Shown here one piece after another: positions 39,065 through 47,996 of a stretch of 64,000 nucleotides of DNA. Positions within the stretch are counted from its first letter, which is position 1, and every line of letters starts with the position of its first letter. Source of the DNA: a virus (Duplodnaviria; Caudoviricetes); the IMG/VR virus record IMGVR_UViG_3300003375_000001, positions 174,518 through 238,517 of that record; one strand, 5' to 3'. The position numbers and the translations under genes were made by a program. The notes under the pieces were generated by a model that was not told the DNA's origin, ran no database searches, and saw nothing but the letters and a program-made list of their open reading frames with translations.

Positions 39065-39299
39065 TCGGAGGAACTACAAGTCTGAGACCCCGAAGTCCTA
39101 CCGGCTGCATTCTTGCGTTCAGATCGTGGCCTTTGACCTGACCGCTGTCGTACAACTTGGCTACTAAGCGAAGACAAAACGGTGGCAGCGTCCGTCAGGG
39201 CCTAGTAACCCGTATACCGTTCAAGAGTTGCCAGACTCTCACTGTTAGAGTTTCTTCCCTCGAATACTAGGTGGACGGTATCAGTCCCTAGCTTCAAGC
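39065..39299 (-). ncRNA. Candidate structured rod-like ncRNA downstream of the hammerhead
   Basis: ORF-free; nested long-range helices found by hand, e.g. 39186-39199 with 39137-39147 (11 bp) and 39232-39237 with 39079-39084. Confidence 0.6.
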
Positions 39300-39353
39300 G
39301 TGCTTACGCCCTTGCGAGCGTTTCGCTAGATTTTCACTAGCTCATCAGAGCAC
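39300..39353 (-). ncRNA. Type I hammerhead ribozyme
   Basis: GUGCU-CUGAUGA-GCUAG(UGAAAAU)CUAGC-GAAA-CGCUC(GCAA)GGGCG-UA-AGCAC: full core and three stems; GUA cleavage between 39305 and 39304. Confidence 0.93.
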
Positions 39354-39710
39354 TTAAATAAAGAAGTCTGTTTCCGATACCAGCGTGCCGTCAGCCTTGT
39401 GGTAGAACGTTCCAGAGACACCTTCTTCCATGTCGTTATACAACATAGACCAAAGCCAATCAGGTAAGTCGGGAATAAGTCTTCGAGCCTTACCTTGCAG
39501 ATAGTCGCGGACGTCAAGGTAATCAAACTTCTTTTCTCTAACAGCCTGAGACAACCTCGGATCATCAAGCTGGTTGTAGATGTACTCGTCCGAATCCAAC
39601 TTTGAAAGTTCTTGGATGTTGAGAAAGAAGTAGTTCAACTGAACATCCCAGCCTGCGCGAAGAACAACAGGCTGACCTTCGCATACTGTCATGAGGGAAT
39701 GGTTTGACAT
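39354..39710 (-). CDS. Hypothetical protein
   Basis: 118 aa; AAGGA SD; its stop codon abuts the hammerhead. Confidence 0.75.
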   Translation of the reverse strand: MSNHSLMTVCEGQPVVLRAGWDVQLNYFFLNIQELSKLDSDEYIYNQLDDPRLSQAVREKKFDYLDVRDYLQGKARRLIPDLPDWLWSMLYNDMEEGVSGTFYHKADGTLVSETDFFI

Positions 39711-39737
39711 GAGTAGTTCCTTAACTGTGGTGGAAGG

Positions 39738-39812
39738 TGGTGGGCCGTGCTGGTTTCGAACCAGCGACCAAAGACTTATGAGGTCTCTGCTCTCCCACTG
39801 AGCTAACGGCCC
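39738..39812 (-). tRNA. trnI: tRNA with CAT anticodon, probably Ile2 (lysidine type)
   Basis: G1:C72, C4:G69 and C5:G68 (TilS determinants), ileX-like TGGTCGCTGGTTCG, CCA encoded. Confidence 0.85.
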
Positions 39813-39821
39813 TCCGTAAAC

Positions 39822-40412
39822 TTACTTACCTTTTCTTGTATTCTTCCTATCCAAAATCTCTGTGCAAGCTTTTTCGTACCCAGTTACTACGTGTTTGTAC
39901 GTTCGACCTCTTAACATAAAAGAAATTATGATAGGTGAGACCTTTAGCTTTCTAGCTCCGTCAATTGGTCGCATACGTCCGTTTGCTTTTGCAAACCTCT
40001 GTCTCAACCTTGCGACCTGCGCATCCGAAAACTTAGACATCTTGTTAGCCTCACCTTTTAACGCTCGGTGTAGGCCATGTTTGATGGCGTGTTGAACGTT
40101 ACCTGAGTCAGTAACCAACTCTAAGTTGGACAAACGTCTGTTTTCTTTATTACCGTCTTTATGATTGAGTATACGGTCTTCTGGTACGTGGCCTCTATAA
40201 ACAATCCAGACAAGTCTATGAATCTGCATGTGCCGTATTTTGTCCGCAGCACAGTCCTTCATAGAAATTTTCGGATAGCCTCCGCTACCAGTTGCGCCAA
40301 TAACCCGACCAGTTACGTTGTTAACAACAAGCCCCAACTTAGTCACTGAAAGGACTCCGCGCTTAACCCGAGTCAAAAACCATTTGTCATTTTCTGGGTT
40401 ATGTCTTTTCAT
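39822..40412 (-). CDS. HNH homing endonuclease next to tRNA
   Basis: IHRLVW...LNHKDGNKENRRLSNLELVTDSGNVQHA plus a C-terminal HTH-like tail. Confidence 0.9.
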   Translation of the reverse strand: MKRHNPENDKWFLTRVKRGVLSVTKLGLVVNNVTGRVIGATGSGGYPKISMKDCAADKIRHMQIHRLVWIVYRGHVPEDRILNHKDGNKENRRLSNLELVTDSGNVQHAIKHGLHRALKGEANKMSKFSDAQVARLRQRFAKANGRMRPIDGARKLKVSPIIISFMLRGRTYKHVVTGYEKACTEILDRKNTRKGK

Positions 40413-40441
40413 ACGGCGTCCGGCCCATCAAACTTCACAAC

Positions 40442-40648
40442 TTACTTAACTCGATCCAACGCCCGCTTGGCGCGTTGTGGAACACAAACGTCGTCGGCAG
40501 AAAATACTACGCCGTTCTTAACTACCACGTCGGTGTTCAAAAGAATCTCGACCATCTTCCAGAGACACACGACAACCGCCACCAGAAGAAAGAAGGTGAT
40601 GATAGCCTCTTCGGGGTACTGCTGAATGAAACTTGAAACTGATTGCAT
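40442..40648 (-). CDS. Small membrane protein
   Basis: TM segment AIITFFLLVAVVVCLW; AGGAG SD. Confidence 0.7.
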   Translation of the reverse strand: MQSVSSFIQQYPEEAIITFFLLVAVVVCLWKMVEILLNTDVVVKNGVVFSADDVCVPQRAKRALDRVK

Positions 40649-40688
40649 GACACTAGCTCCTATCAGATGTCGTTAACAGTTTATGTAC

Positions 40689-40734
40689 GCATCTTGATTT
40701 TATCAGAAAAACCATCTAAATCGTTGATTTTCAA
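40689..40734 (-). promoter_or_regulatory. Extended -10 promoter with conserved upstream box (copy 1)
   Basis: TGA-TAAAAT; 39/47 identical to 60372-60418. Confidence 0.65.
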
Positions 40735-40776
40735 CAGGTTTTTGTCAAAAAACGACAAATTTAGCCGGTTTTTGCA

Positions 40777-43203
40777 TCATTTTTGAGCATTTTGCAGTGT
40801 TTTCAGAGCGAGGTTAGCTCTGTCTATGTCTGCCTGAATTGCTAGAGTGCAGTGATTGGTGTCTAGGCGGTCTAGCAGCTTGCAAAGCAAGCACCCCCAC
40901 CTCTTACCTGCGTTACGCGCCATGGCCGATTCTGAGCTTACGGTTATGCCACTGCGTCGAAACAACAGGACAGAGAAAAGGTAGTCAAAGGTTATGATGA
41001 ACAAGTGACCAGCTGAGTTGTTGCTGGCACGAAGACATAGCCATGCGAACAACAGAATGGCTAAGGCTGATATAAGGGTTGAGTAGTGATGCCAAAATTG
41101 AACAAGGTCCAGAGACAGGAAGTCGGAAGGCTGAAACATGTTTAAGCTAGAGGCGACTTATTAGGCCGCCGTCTTAGGTTATCAGAGATAGAGGGCTTTC
41201 ATCTTTTCGTAAACAGAAACATGACAATAGTATTGTCGGCCGCAGCTGGATCCGGAACCAGGCCGGTGAGCACGTTCGACTATGTTTCTTGCCAAGTCTT
41301 CAGTTGCGTAGTAGTCCCAAACTTTGAATTTGGAAATACCACCAGGTCTAAACCAACAGAAATAAACTACAACCCAGTCCTTACGTCTTTCAGTTGAGGA
41401 ATGGCTTACGGCTTTTACGTCCACTACGCCTCGGCGTACGTTCTTGCAGCGGAGGCTTTCTTCACGGTATGAACTTGACATGATGCTTAGGTAGAAGTTG
41501 TTACTATGCAAGCATGTTATTCTCCTTCAGTTGAGAGGCCAATAAAAATGTTAGGCCAAGTTGTACCAGTTTATGCGACTAGGTCTCTTCCAACGCTGGA
41601 CGCTATGCTAGCTCAGCCTGAGTGCACAGGTACGTGAATTAAGTATGTCCCCGGAAAGTATAGGCTTTCTACGGGGCTGGACGATGATACCTGAAAGCCT
41701 ATCTCGGCTAGTTCGCCCTTGATGACCATGTTGTCAAGAAACTTACCTATCATGGTTACGTCGTCCCAGATAGGTGGTATAACAGGTATCTTCGCTATCA
41801 GGTCAACACGAGTTATACCGGGTTGATATTTTACAAGTGTTTTTACCGATCTAACGAATGCTCTGTACCCGGTGTCTAACTCTGTGCCTGTTGTCATGAT
41901 ACTAGTCCTGTTTGATAGTGGCTGTGTCGCCAGGCAAACTACTTTGGAAAAGCTTCTCACGTAGTTCTCTACCACGACGAACATGGTTTTCGGCGTCTAT
42001 GTACTTTTGCCTGCTAGCGGAGTCTATCTCCTTATCAAGATGATATTGGATCAAGGCCTCTAGCTCATACTTCTCAAGGTCTAACGTGACTTTAGCCATT
42101 TGCTATACTCCTGAGCGCAATAAACGATAGCGATGTTTAGCTGGTCGTGTTTTAGTTTTTCTCCGTAAGTGCGTACTGCAAAATACACACCTGAATTATG
42201 CTCATACACACGAGTTTGCGAAATGGACTGTATGATGCCAAACTTTAGGGTCTTCAAAACTTCAAAGGCTTGTTCGCTGGACTCCAACGGATTGTAGAAT
42301 CCAAGTTTGTTCTTGAACGCAAACATCATGAGGTCGCCAACATCGGTAAGCTACAAGCTTACCTTGTTGACTTCCACTTGCATAACATCCGCACACGCCT
42401 CAATAGCAGAGGCGTCGCTTTCCAAACTGAATTGAGGCGTGGTCATATGCTAAATCAGATGTGTGAACTATGGAGAGACTGATAACCGTTGCCACGGTTA
42501 TAGACGATCTGGGCCAGACGTTGCGCGTGCCCATTTTGGGCGGCGATCAAGATGTCTTTTCGAGAAACGAAGTGCTGCACTGGCGCGTTGTTGATGAAGT
42601 GAACTGGTGACAAGAAATAAAGAGGATTCTTGTGCGAGTTCTTTACCTGACGTGCTGCATTAGTGAGGTAAGGTTCATTGCCGGCAAGATCGATCTTGTC
42701 TGCCTTGAGACGTTTCTTTTGTTCACGGCGGGCCTTGGCGAGTTTGTTGCGAGCGATACTCATTTGGATTCTCCAGTAGTAGAGGTTGGTTGAAAGTGAA
42801 CGAAGGGTGGAAATACGCGAATGCGAGGAACGGAAGGCAGCGTTATGTCTACCGTAAGGGAATTGACTACCTTAGCCTTCTGGACCTTAGTTGTCTTGGT
42901 GAAAGACCAAGACAGTTGTCCAAGATGCTTTAGAGCCTTCATATCAAGATAGTGGCCTTTCAACCTCTGATCGAATAGCTTGTATATGACCAAGGCGTCT
43001 ATGGTGTTAAGGATACCGCAGGTCTCAGTGTCTGTAGGAGACCTAGCTTTCGACAGTATGTCTTTTAAGGACAGAGGGTCTGCTATGTCAGCACTCGTTG
43101 TACTGATGGGAGTGAACCTCGTTTTACGAACGTCTAAGAGGCCTACTTCAGACTTCCTGATAAAGGCCCCGTTGTTTAGAACGACTTTAACAGCTATGAG
43201 CAT
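40777..43203 (-). other. Run of small hypothetical CDSs: 40777-41139 (membrane, TVSS...HC motif), 41182-41511, 41613-~41900, 41902-42099, 42081-42329, 42455-42763, 42760-43203
   Basis: Co-oriented abutting ORFs. Confidence 0.65.
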
Positions 43204-44795
43204 TATAGGGACTCCATCACAGAAGGTGGCACCTTAGCGTAGACATGCTGTGGATTGTCCATGTCGAGACCTAGGCCTGACATATGAGGAAAGGCCTTCT
43301 TAACAGGCGTAGCAGGCGTAGCAGGTTTAGAAACTACGGAGTGGCGAATGATCTGCTTTCCATCCCATTTAGACCTACGCTTGAAAACCACTGTGGTGCT
43401 TTCAAGGTCTTCCAGAGCGTCAAGACCTTGCTGGTCAGTTTCGCCTTTATAGTGATCATGTTCATAGTTGGTTTCGTAGACTACGGTTATGGGCTTAACT
43501 TCCCGCTTGGACCTGCTCTTACCCTGCTCATATGCTGCAGGATACCAGGTGCTAGGCTCTGGTCGAGCGTACAAGTGCTTAGGCTCGTCAGTGTTCAGGC
43601 CTAGCTGTTCTGAATTAGGATCGTACTCAGGAGTAAAGCCCGCATACGAGTCAAAGTACATGAGGATAGGGCCAGTACGAGACTTAAGAGGCTTAAGGCT
43701 AGTAAGTTGATCTCGAAATTTTTCCATCCAAAACCCATAGAATGAATTTTTACCTACTACCGACAGAGTATCTGCGTCCTCTAGCGTTACAGCGGCTTCG
43801 ATGTTAGGCAACGAGTACTGTTTTCCTATAAAGTCCCCTGCTATGCTATGGATATACACGTCGCTGAAACCAGCAGCCTCCAATAGGGCTTTTTTGCTGA
43901 TAAGGCCATTTACATGGTGCTCTGACATGGCCTTAACATCATGAATAGCAGACATACTACCAATCATGGATAGTTCGCCGCGTTTGAAACCTCCGTGTAG
44001 CCCCTTAGGAGTGATAACGCCAGACTCAGCCTGGTCTGTAGCAAAGGTTGAAGATTCAACCTTCAGGCAGTCTTGCGTAGTACCTAGAGTATGAACCTGG
44101 TGGTCTTTAACCTGGCAGTCTTGCGTAGTACCTAGAGTATGAACAGAGTACTTTTCGATAAGAAGGTCTGCCATATACTCTCTCGCCTCGACACCCGGAT
44201 GTACTTTATCGTTTGCGGAGGTGAGGGTCAAGGTCTCATAGCCAACGGGGTCAGGTTTCGGCGATAACAGAGTGATCATGTCAGAGGTAATATTCAGAGG
44301 TCTGTCCTCTGGAGCTTTCACCTGCTGGCCTGTAAACGACATAATAACCGACTTTGCCTGCAATACATTTTTGGCAGGGTCCTTGTTTAGAGAAAAATCT
44401 CTAAACAGATGAATTGTTGACATTATAGGAAGATCACTGAGGCACTCCACGACTTTACCTTCGGGTAGATAAAACCAGTCAGGAACGTAGGCAACGCCGG
44501 TGGGCAGAGCCTTACCGTCTGTATATATGCGCACGGCCTTAATACTTGGCTGAGGTTTGTACTGCATGGAGGCAGCCGAATTACAGCCAGCTGTGATATC
44601 ACCTGCGCACTCGTTTAGACTAAGAGGCAAGGCTCCTTGAGTAGTCATAGCGGCACTACTGACCGGAACGACGCGGGCTACACTATTAGTCAACACACTT
44701 GCACTTGCATTGGTTGCCTTGGCGTCTACACGTACCGTTACGCTACTATAGGGCAAAGTTTTCTTCTGATAAGAGGTTAGCTCAAAGTCTTTCAT
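43203..44795 (-). CDS. Hypothetical protein with an internal 16-aa duplication
   Basis: 530 aa; VHTLGTTQDC occurs twice; ACTGTTAA motif at 44831 upstream. Confidence 0.75.
   Translation of the reverse strand: MKDFELTSYQKKTLPYSSVTVRVDAKATNASASVLTNSVARVVPVSSAAMTTQGALPLSLNECAGDITAGCNSAASMQYKPQPSIKAVRIYTDGKALPTGVAYVPDWFYLPEGKVVECLSDLPIMSTIHLFRDFSLNKDPAKNVLQAKSVIMSFTGQQVKAPEDRPLNITSDMITLLSPKPDPVGYETLTLTSANDKVHPGVEAREYMADLLIEKYSVHTLGTTQDCQVKDHQVHTLGTTQDCLKVESSTFATDQAESGVITPKGLHGGFKRGELSMIGSMSAIHDVKAMSEHHVNGLISKKALLEAAGFSDVYIHSIAGDFIGKQYSLPNIEAAVTLEDADTLSVVGKNSFYGFWMEKFRDQLTSLKPLKSRTGPILMYFDSYAGFTPEYDPNSEQLGLNTDEPKHLYARPEPSTWYPAAYEQGKSRSKREVKPITVVYETNYEHDHYKGETDQQGLDALEDLESTTVVFKRRSKWDGKQIIRHSVVSKPATPATPVKKAFPHMSGLGLDMDNPQHVYAKVPPSVMESL
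44066..44144. repeat. 31-bp exact direct repeat, 48-nt period
   Basis: ggcagtcttgcgtagtacctagagtatgaac at 44066-44096 and 44114-44144. Confidence 0.95.
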
Positions 44796-44840
44796 GATTT
44801 CTCCAAGAAGTTGAATTCATACAAACACGTTTAACAGTAG

Positions 44841-45596
44841 CTAGTCGTTACCGTTTTCAGACTTGACGCATAGAGGTCCATTATAAAGTTCTTGGGCATC
44901 GGGGTTGGCGCAGTTAAGCTGATACCCGCATTTGGCGCAGTAGTACCTTTGAGTGCTTCTATTAAACCAAGTGGCTCCAGGACTCAAGCAAGCTTGCCTA
45001 TTGCATAGGCCTCCGAAGGCCCCCTTTGTTTCAGAATTAACTTCGGACTCTTCCAGATCAAGAATATCCTTCAGTAGACTTTCCAGCTCCTTTGAGGTAG
45101 CCATAAGCCTTTTCTCCAGAGGAGTAAAACTAGTTGCGGTCTCAGCCTCTTCTGCCCAGGACATAACGTCAGCGCATAGTTTATCTAGAAACTTGTGGGG
45201 CAGTCTAGCATGAGGAAGATCGAACCTAGTCCATTCTTTGATGACGGATGACGCAACGGGGTCGAATTCAAAGTAGGAATGATTATGAAAGACAACGCGT
45301 TCCACGTCTCCTAGGCGACGACTGCGCGTGGCCCAGACTTCAGGAGTAGTAAATAAAACGCGAGAGTCCACGTAGTCGAAGTCCACGTTCCTAATAAATT
45401 TCGAATACGTTTCGACAACGAAACGCCGAAAGGCGTCAGTGTGCAAGCTTACGTGCTTAGAGTCGGAGCACAGAATAACAACGAAGCGGTTGGTTAAAGC
45501 TTCGTTAATGGCGCGTTCGTACATGCGAGACGTACGACCTGACTGACGACCTGCGTTGAGGGCTGTAAGAGAACGGGAGGGGTAGTCGTGTGACAT
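44841..45596 (-). CDS. Hypothetical protein with degenerate P-loop and C-terminal Cys cluster
   Basis: GRQSGRT near the N-terminus; CNRQAC...YCAKC; start set at MSHDY. Confidence 0.65.
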   Translation of the reverse strand: MSHDYPSRSLTALNAGRQSGRTSRMYERAINEALTNRFVVILCSDSKHVSLHTDAFRRFVVETYSKFIRNVDFDYVDSRVLFTTPEVWATRSRRLGDVERVVFHNHSYFEFDPVASSVIKEWTRFDLPHARLPHKFLDKLCADVMSWAEEAETATSFTPLEKRLMATSKELESLLKDILDLEESEVNSETKGAFGGLCNRQACLSPGATWFNRSTQRYYCAKCGYQLNCANPDAQELYNGPLCVKSENGND

Positions 45597-45603
45597 AAAT
45601 AAA

Positions 45604-45619
45604 CGGGGCCGTAGCCCCG
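45604..45619 (-). terminator. Probable terminator
   Basis: CGGGGC-tacg-GCCCCG followed by TTTATTT. Confidence 0.6.
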
Positions 45620-45733
45620 CCCTATTAGGCGTCTTGGTAGAACTTGTCCTGTTCAAGACGAAGTTGATTGAAAGGTTTGCCGTGTACTTTTCTGGGATTG
45701 TTACACATCCAACAGGCACTAGGCTTTGGGGTG

Positions 45734-46264
45734 TTAACCACTATGCCTAGCGTCGGGGTCTAAGGAGCAGCCGTTTATGTGAAAGAGTATTCCATGAGAT
45801 TCTAACGCCCTAGTCATGGCCTCTAACGTAGCGGGTATAGGTTCGCGTGTTCCGCTTTCAAAGTCTGCTACTGTAGAAACAGCTACGCCAGCTTTAGCCG
45901 CGAGGTCCTTTTGAGTCCAGTCTATCAGCATGCGAGCAGCCTTTACCTTACGGTTTGGAGGAACGAAGGCTTGGCTAGAAACAGACACTGGGCGCACGTA
46001 GTTGGCAGGATTTATACCAGCCCACGCAGACAACATGGCTAAGCTGGCAGCGTCGGGCTTACGACCGAGTTTCATCCGGCTTAACGTTGTCCTGCTAACA
46101 CCTGTTTGTTCACTAACGGTCTTCCAGTCAATGTTTCTAAGGGCTACCATGTTAGACAAGGCACTATAGAAAGCAGAAGCGTCAAAGAAACTAGGCTGAA
46201 CTGTTGGTACTAGCCTTTTATGTGAGGGTTCCATAGCTAAAGCCCTAACCAGTGTGTTATCCAA
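45734..46264 (-). CDS. Tandem Cro/C1-type HTH protein
   Basis: Two HTH units: VSEQTGVSRTTLSRM and TQKDLAAKAGVAVSTVADFE. Confidence 0.85.
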   Translation of the reverse strand: MDNTLVRALAMEPSHKRLVPTVQPSFFDASAFYSALSNMVALRNIDWKTVSEQTGVSRTTLSRMKLGRKPDAASLAMLSAWAGINPANYVRPVSVSSQAFVPPNRKVKAARMLIDWTQKDLAAKAGVAVSTVADFESGTREPIPATLEAMTRALESHGILFHINGCSLDPDARHSG

Positions 46265-46714
46265 GAGAAGCCAGGCACTTTCTCCCAGATAAAGTGCTCA
46301 AGAGGAAAGCTGATTGTCAGCATGATCCAGAATGAAAGTGACTTTAACTGCGACCTACATTCGTGATAACACTCAACTAGCTTCCCTTGTTTATCTATAT
46401 GCTGGTGAGACACGGTCTTAAAACCCAAACACCTTGCGCATAGCTGGTGACATACCTTCAGCCATAGATGCTTTGTCTTCTTCGTCAGCAGGTTCGTCGT
46501 ACTCGCCATCGATAACTTTCTGCCTCAGTTCGTGAAGACCTGCCTCATGCAACAACCCAGCTAACGCCGTTTTGCCACATATGTACTTTTCATTCTTGAA
46601 GTCATGGTACTCACCGGCTTTAGCCTCTTCAATCATACGCGTGATGAGAGGCGTAACCGGCGTAACCTTTTCCAGCTCAACTACGAGGTCTGTGCGTGTG
46701 TCTTTCTTAGTCAT
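46237..46714 (-). other. Two small hypothetical CDSs (46418-46714; 46237-~46420, membrane)
   Basis: AGGA SD before 46714; overlapping stops and starts. Confidence 0.6.
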
Positions 46715-46722
46715 GATGTTTC

Positions 46723-47244
46723 CTAGTAAGGGTAAAGGAGGACGCCGGAAACGCCGACGGGTTCTTTCTTAGCTGTGTCAAAGGATATAAAACAGTGACC
46801 GTCGTCTACAGTACGAGGTTTTACTCTAACCACTCGGACTTCCTTAGGCGCGCTGCAAGTCAGGTCTTCGAAGCTACAAGCTATTAAAGGATCACCTGAC
46901 TTCAAGTCCTTGGCCATAACGCAGCCTTCTTGAACCCTGGTGTCTCCGTTTTTATAGCGAAGCAGGGGGAACACGGTGTGGGGTAAACAGGTCAACTTCT
47001 TACCTGTTGACAAATTGATTTGAACTACCGAAGTACCAGAGTCTTTTGACTGTGACACGCCAAACGCCTCGGTTAAGTGATAGCCTCTGTCCTTGTTCCA
47101 AGATACTACAGTAAACCTAGCGTTGGCAAAACTAGACTGACCTTCTATAACCCATGGATCGTCAATCCACTGACTGACTTCCGTTATGTCCTGTCTACCT
47201 GGCAGTCTTAACTGCAAAGTAGGATTGTATAGAACGTTAGACAC
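46723..47244 (-). CDS. Stand-alone, catalytically dead Hint-fold (pseudo-intein) protein
   Basis: Block A-like VLYNPTLQLRLPG (Cys1 to Val), block B-like VVQINLSTGKKLTCLPHTVF (TxxH lost), AKDLKSGDPL, block G-like SGVLLYPY (HN lost). Confidence 0.75.
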   Translation of the reverse strand: MSNVLYNPTLQLRLPGRQDITEVSQWIDDPWVIEGQSSFANARFTVVSWNKDRGYHLTEAFGVSQSKDSGTSVVQINLSTGKKLTCLPHTVFPLLRYKNGDTRVQEGCVMAKDLKSGDPLIACSFEDLTCSAPKEVRVVRVKPRTVDDGHCFISFDTAKKEPVGVSGVLLYPY

Positions 47245-47959
47245 CTAGCAACTCCTTACGTGTAGACACGTCGTCCGACATGAGCAAGGTGAAGTACGTG
47301 TTCTTTTCAGCCATCTCCGTAGTCACTTGTTTAAGCCTACGTGTGGCAGGGTTAAAGACAGCGTACTCGATCAGCTCACTAGGAACTTCACCCCAGCCTT
47401 TGATATGCTGAATATGTAAGTTAGCGGGTGCACCCAATCCCTCTAACGTGGTTCGAAGATCGTTAGCTGATGGGCCGAACACGTATTCACCCTTGTAGAT
47501 GGAATAGTACTCAGGAACGTCTACAAGGTGAATATAGCCGGCCTTGAACAAGCCGGGCATATACTTGTAGAACAAGGCCAACTCGAGGTTGTTGATGTGG
47601 CCACCGTCGGGATCGGGGTCACTCAACACACAGATAAAGTGTGTGCGCAAGTTCCCGATAGGGTTCTCAAGGTTCTTGGCGTCAAAGCCTATCATGGCCA
47701 AGATGTAGACGATCTCTGCGCTAAGAAGTACTTTCTCGGGAGACTCCCGAAACGCATTCATGATTTTTCCCTTGAGAGGAAGGATCTCTTGATACCTGGA
47801 GTCACGAGCCTCGCGGCAGTTGTGAACTACTACGCCGTTGGCGATAAAGTTTTGGTTTTCATACCTATGTCCTCGGGTAGTTTGATTCGTCACGTCGTAT
47901 ACAGGTATAGGCTTGTCAAGCTTAATTCGCTTGACAGACGTGACTGTCCTCATTTTCAT
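47237..47959 (-). CDS. gyrB: Split-intein C-half (47 aa) fused to the C-terminal TOPRIM part of topoisomerase subunit B
   Basis: MKMRTVTSVKRI...VYDVT...NFIANGVVVHN|CREARD...ILPLKGKIMN...DPDPDGGHI...KGWGE. Confidence 0.93.
   Translation of the reverse strand: MKMRTVTSVKRIKLDKPIPVYDVTNQTTRGHRYENQNFIANGVVVHNCREARDSRYQEILPLKGKIMNAFRESPEKVLLSAEIVYILAMIGFDAKNLENPIGNLRTHFICVLSDPDPDGGHINNLELALFYKYMPGLFKAGYIHLVDVPEYYSIYKGEYVFGPSANDLRTTLEGLGAPANLHIQHIKGWGEVPSELIEYAVFNPATRRLKQVTTEMAEKNTYFTLLMSDDVSTRKELLGV
47819..47959 (-). mobile_element. IntC of naturally split intein
   Basis: Blocks F and G ending HN, +1 Cys; net charge about +5. Confidence 0.92.
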
Positions 47960-47996
47960 AGAGGGTGATTCATCTGTCAATTGAAAGGAAGTTATC

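Noticed and set aside
39065-39299. Group I intron, RNase P or tmRNA identity for the structured RNA
   Set aside because: Only fragmentary resemblances (CAGACU, GAGGGAAG); no P7 partner, no RNase P conserved regions, no T-arm/CCA end.
43950-44010. LHGGFKRGELSMIG, resembling the lead-in to a DnaB helicase Walker A
   Set aside because: No GKT/S or other helicase motifs follow; at most a fragment.
47950-47980. TTGACA upstream of the IntC gene as a sigma70 promoter
   Set aside because: At 17-nt spacing the -10 is weak (GAAAAT) and would place the start at or beyond the ATG.
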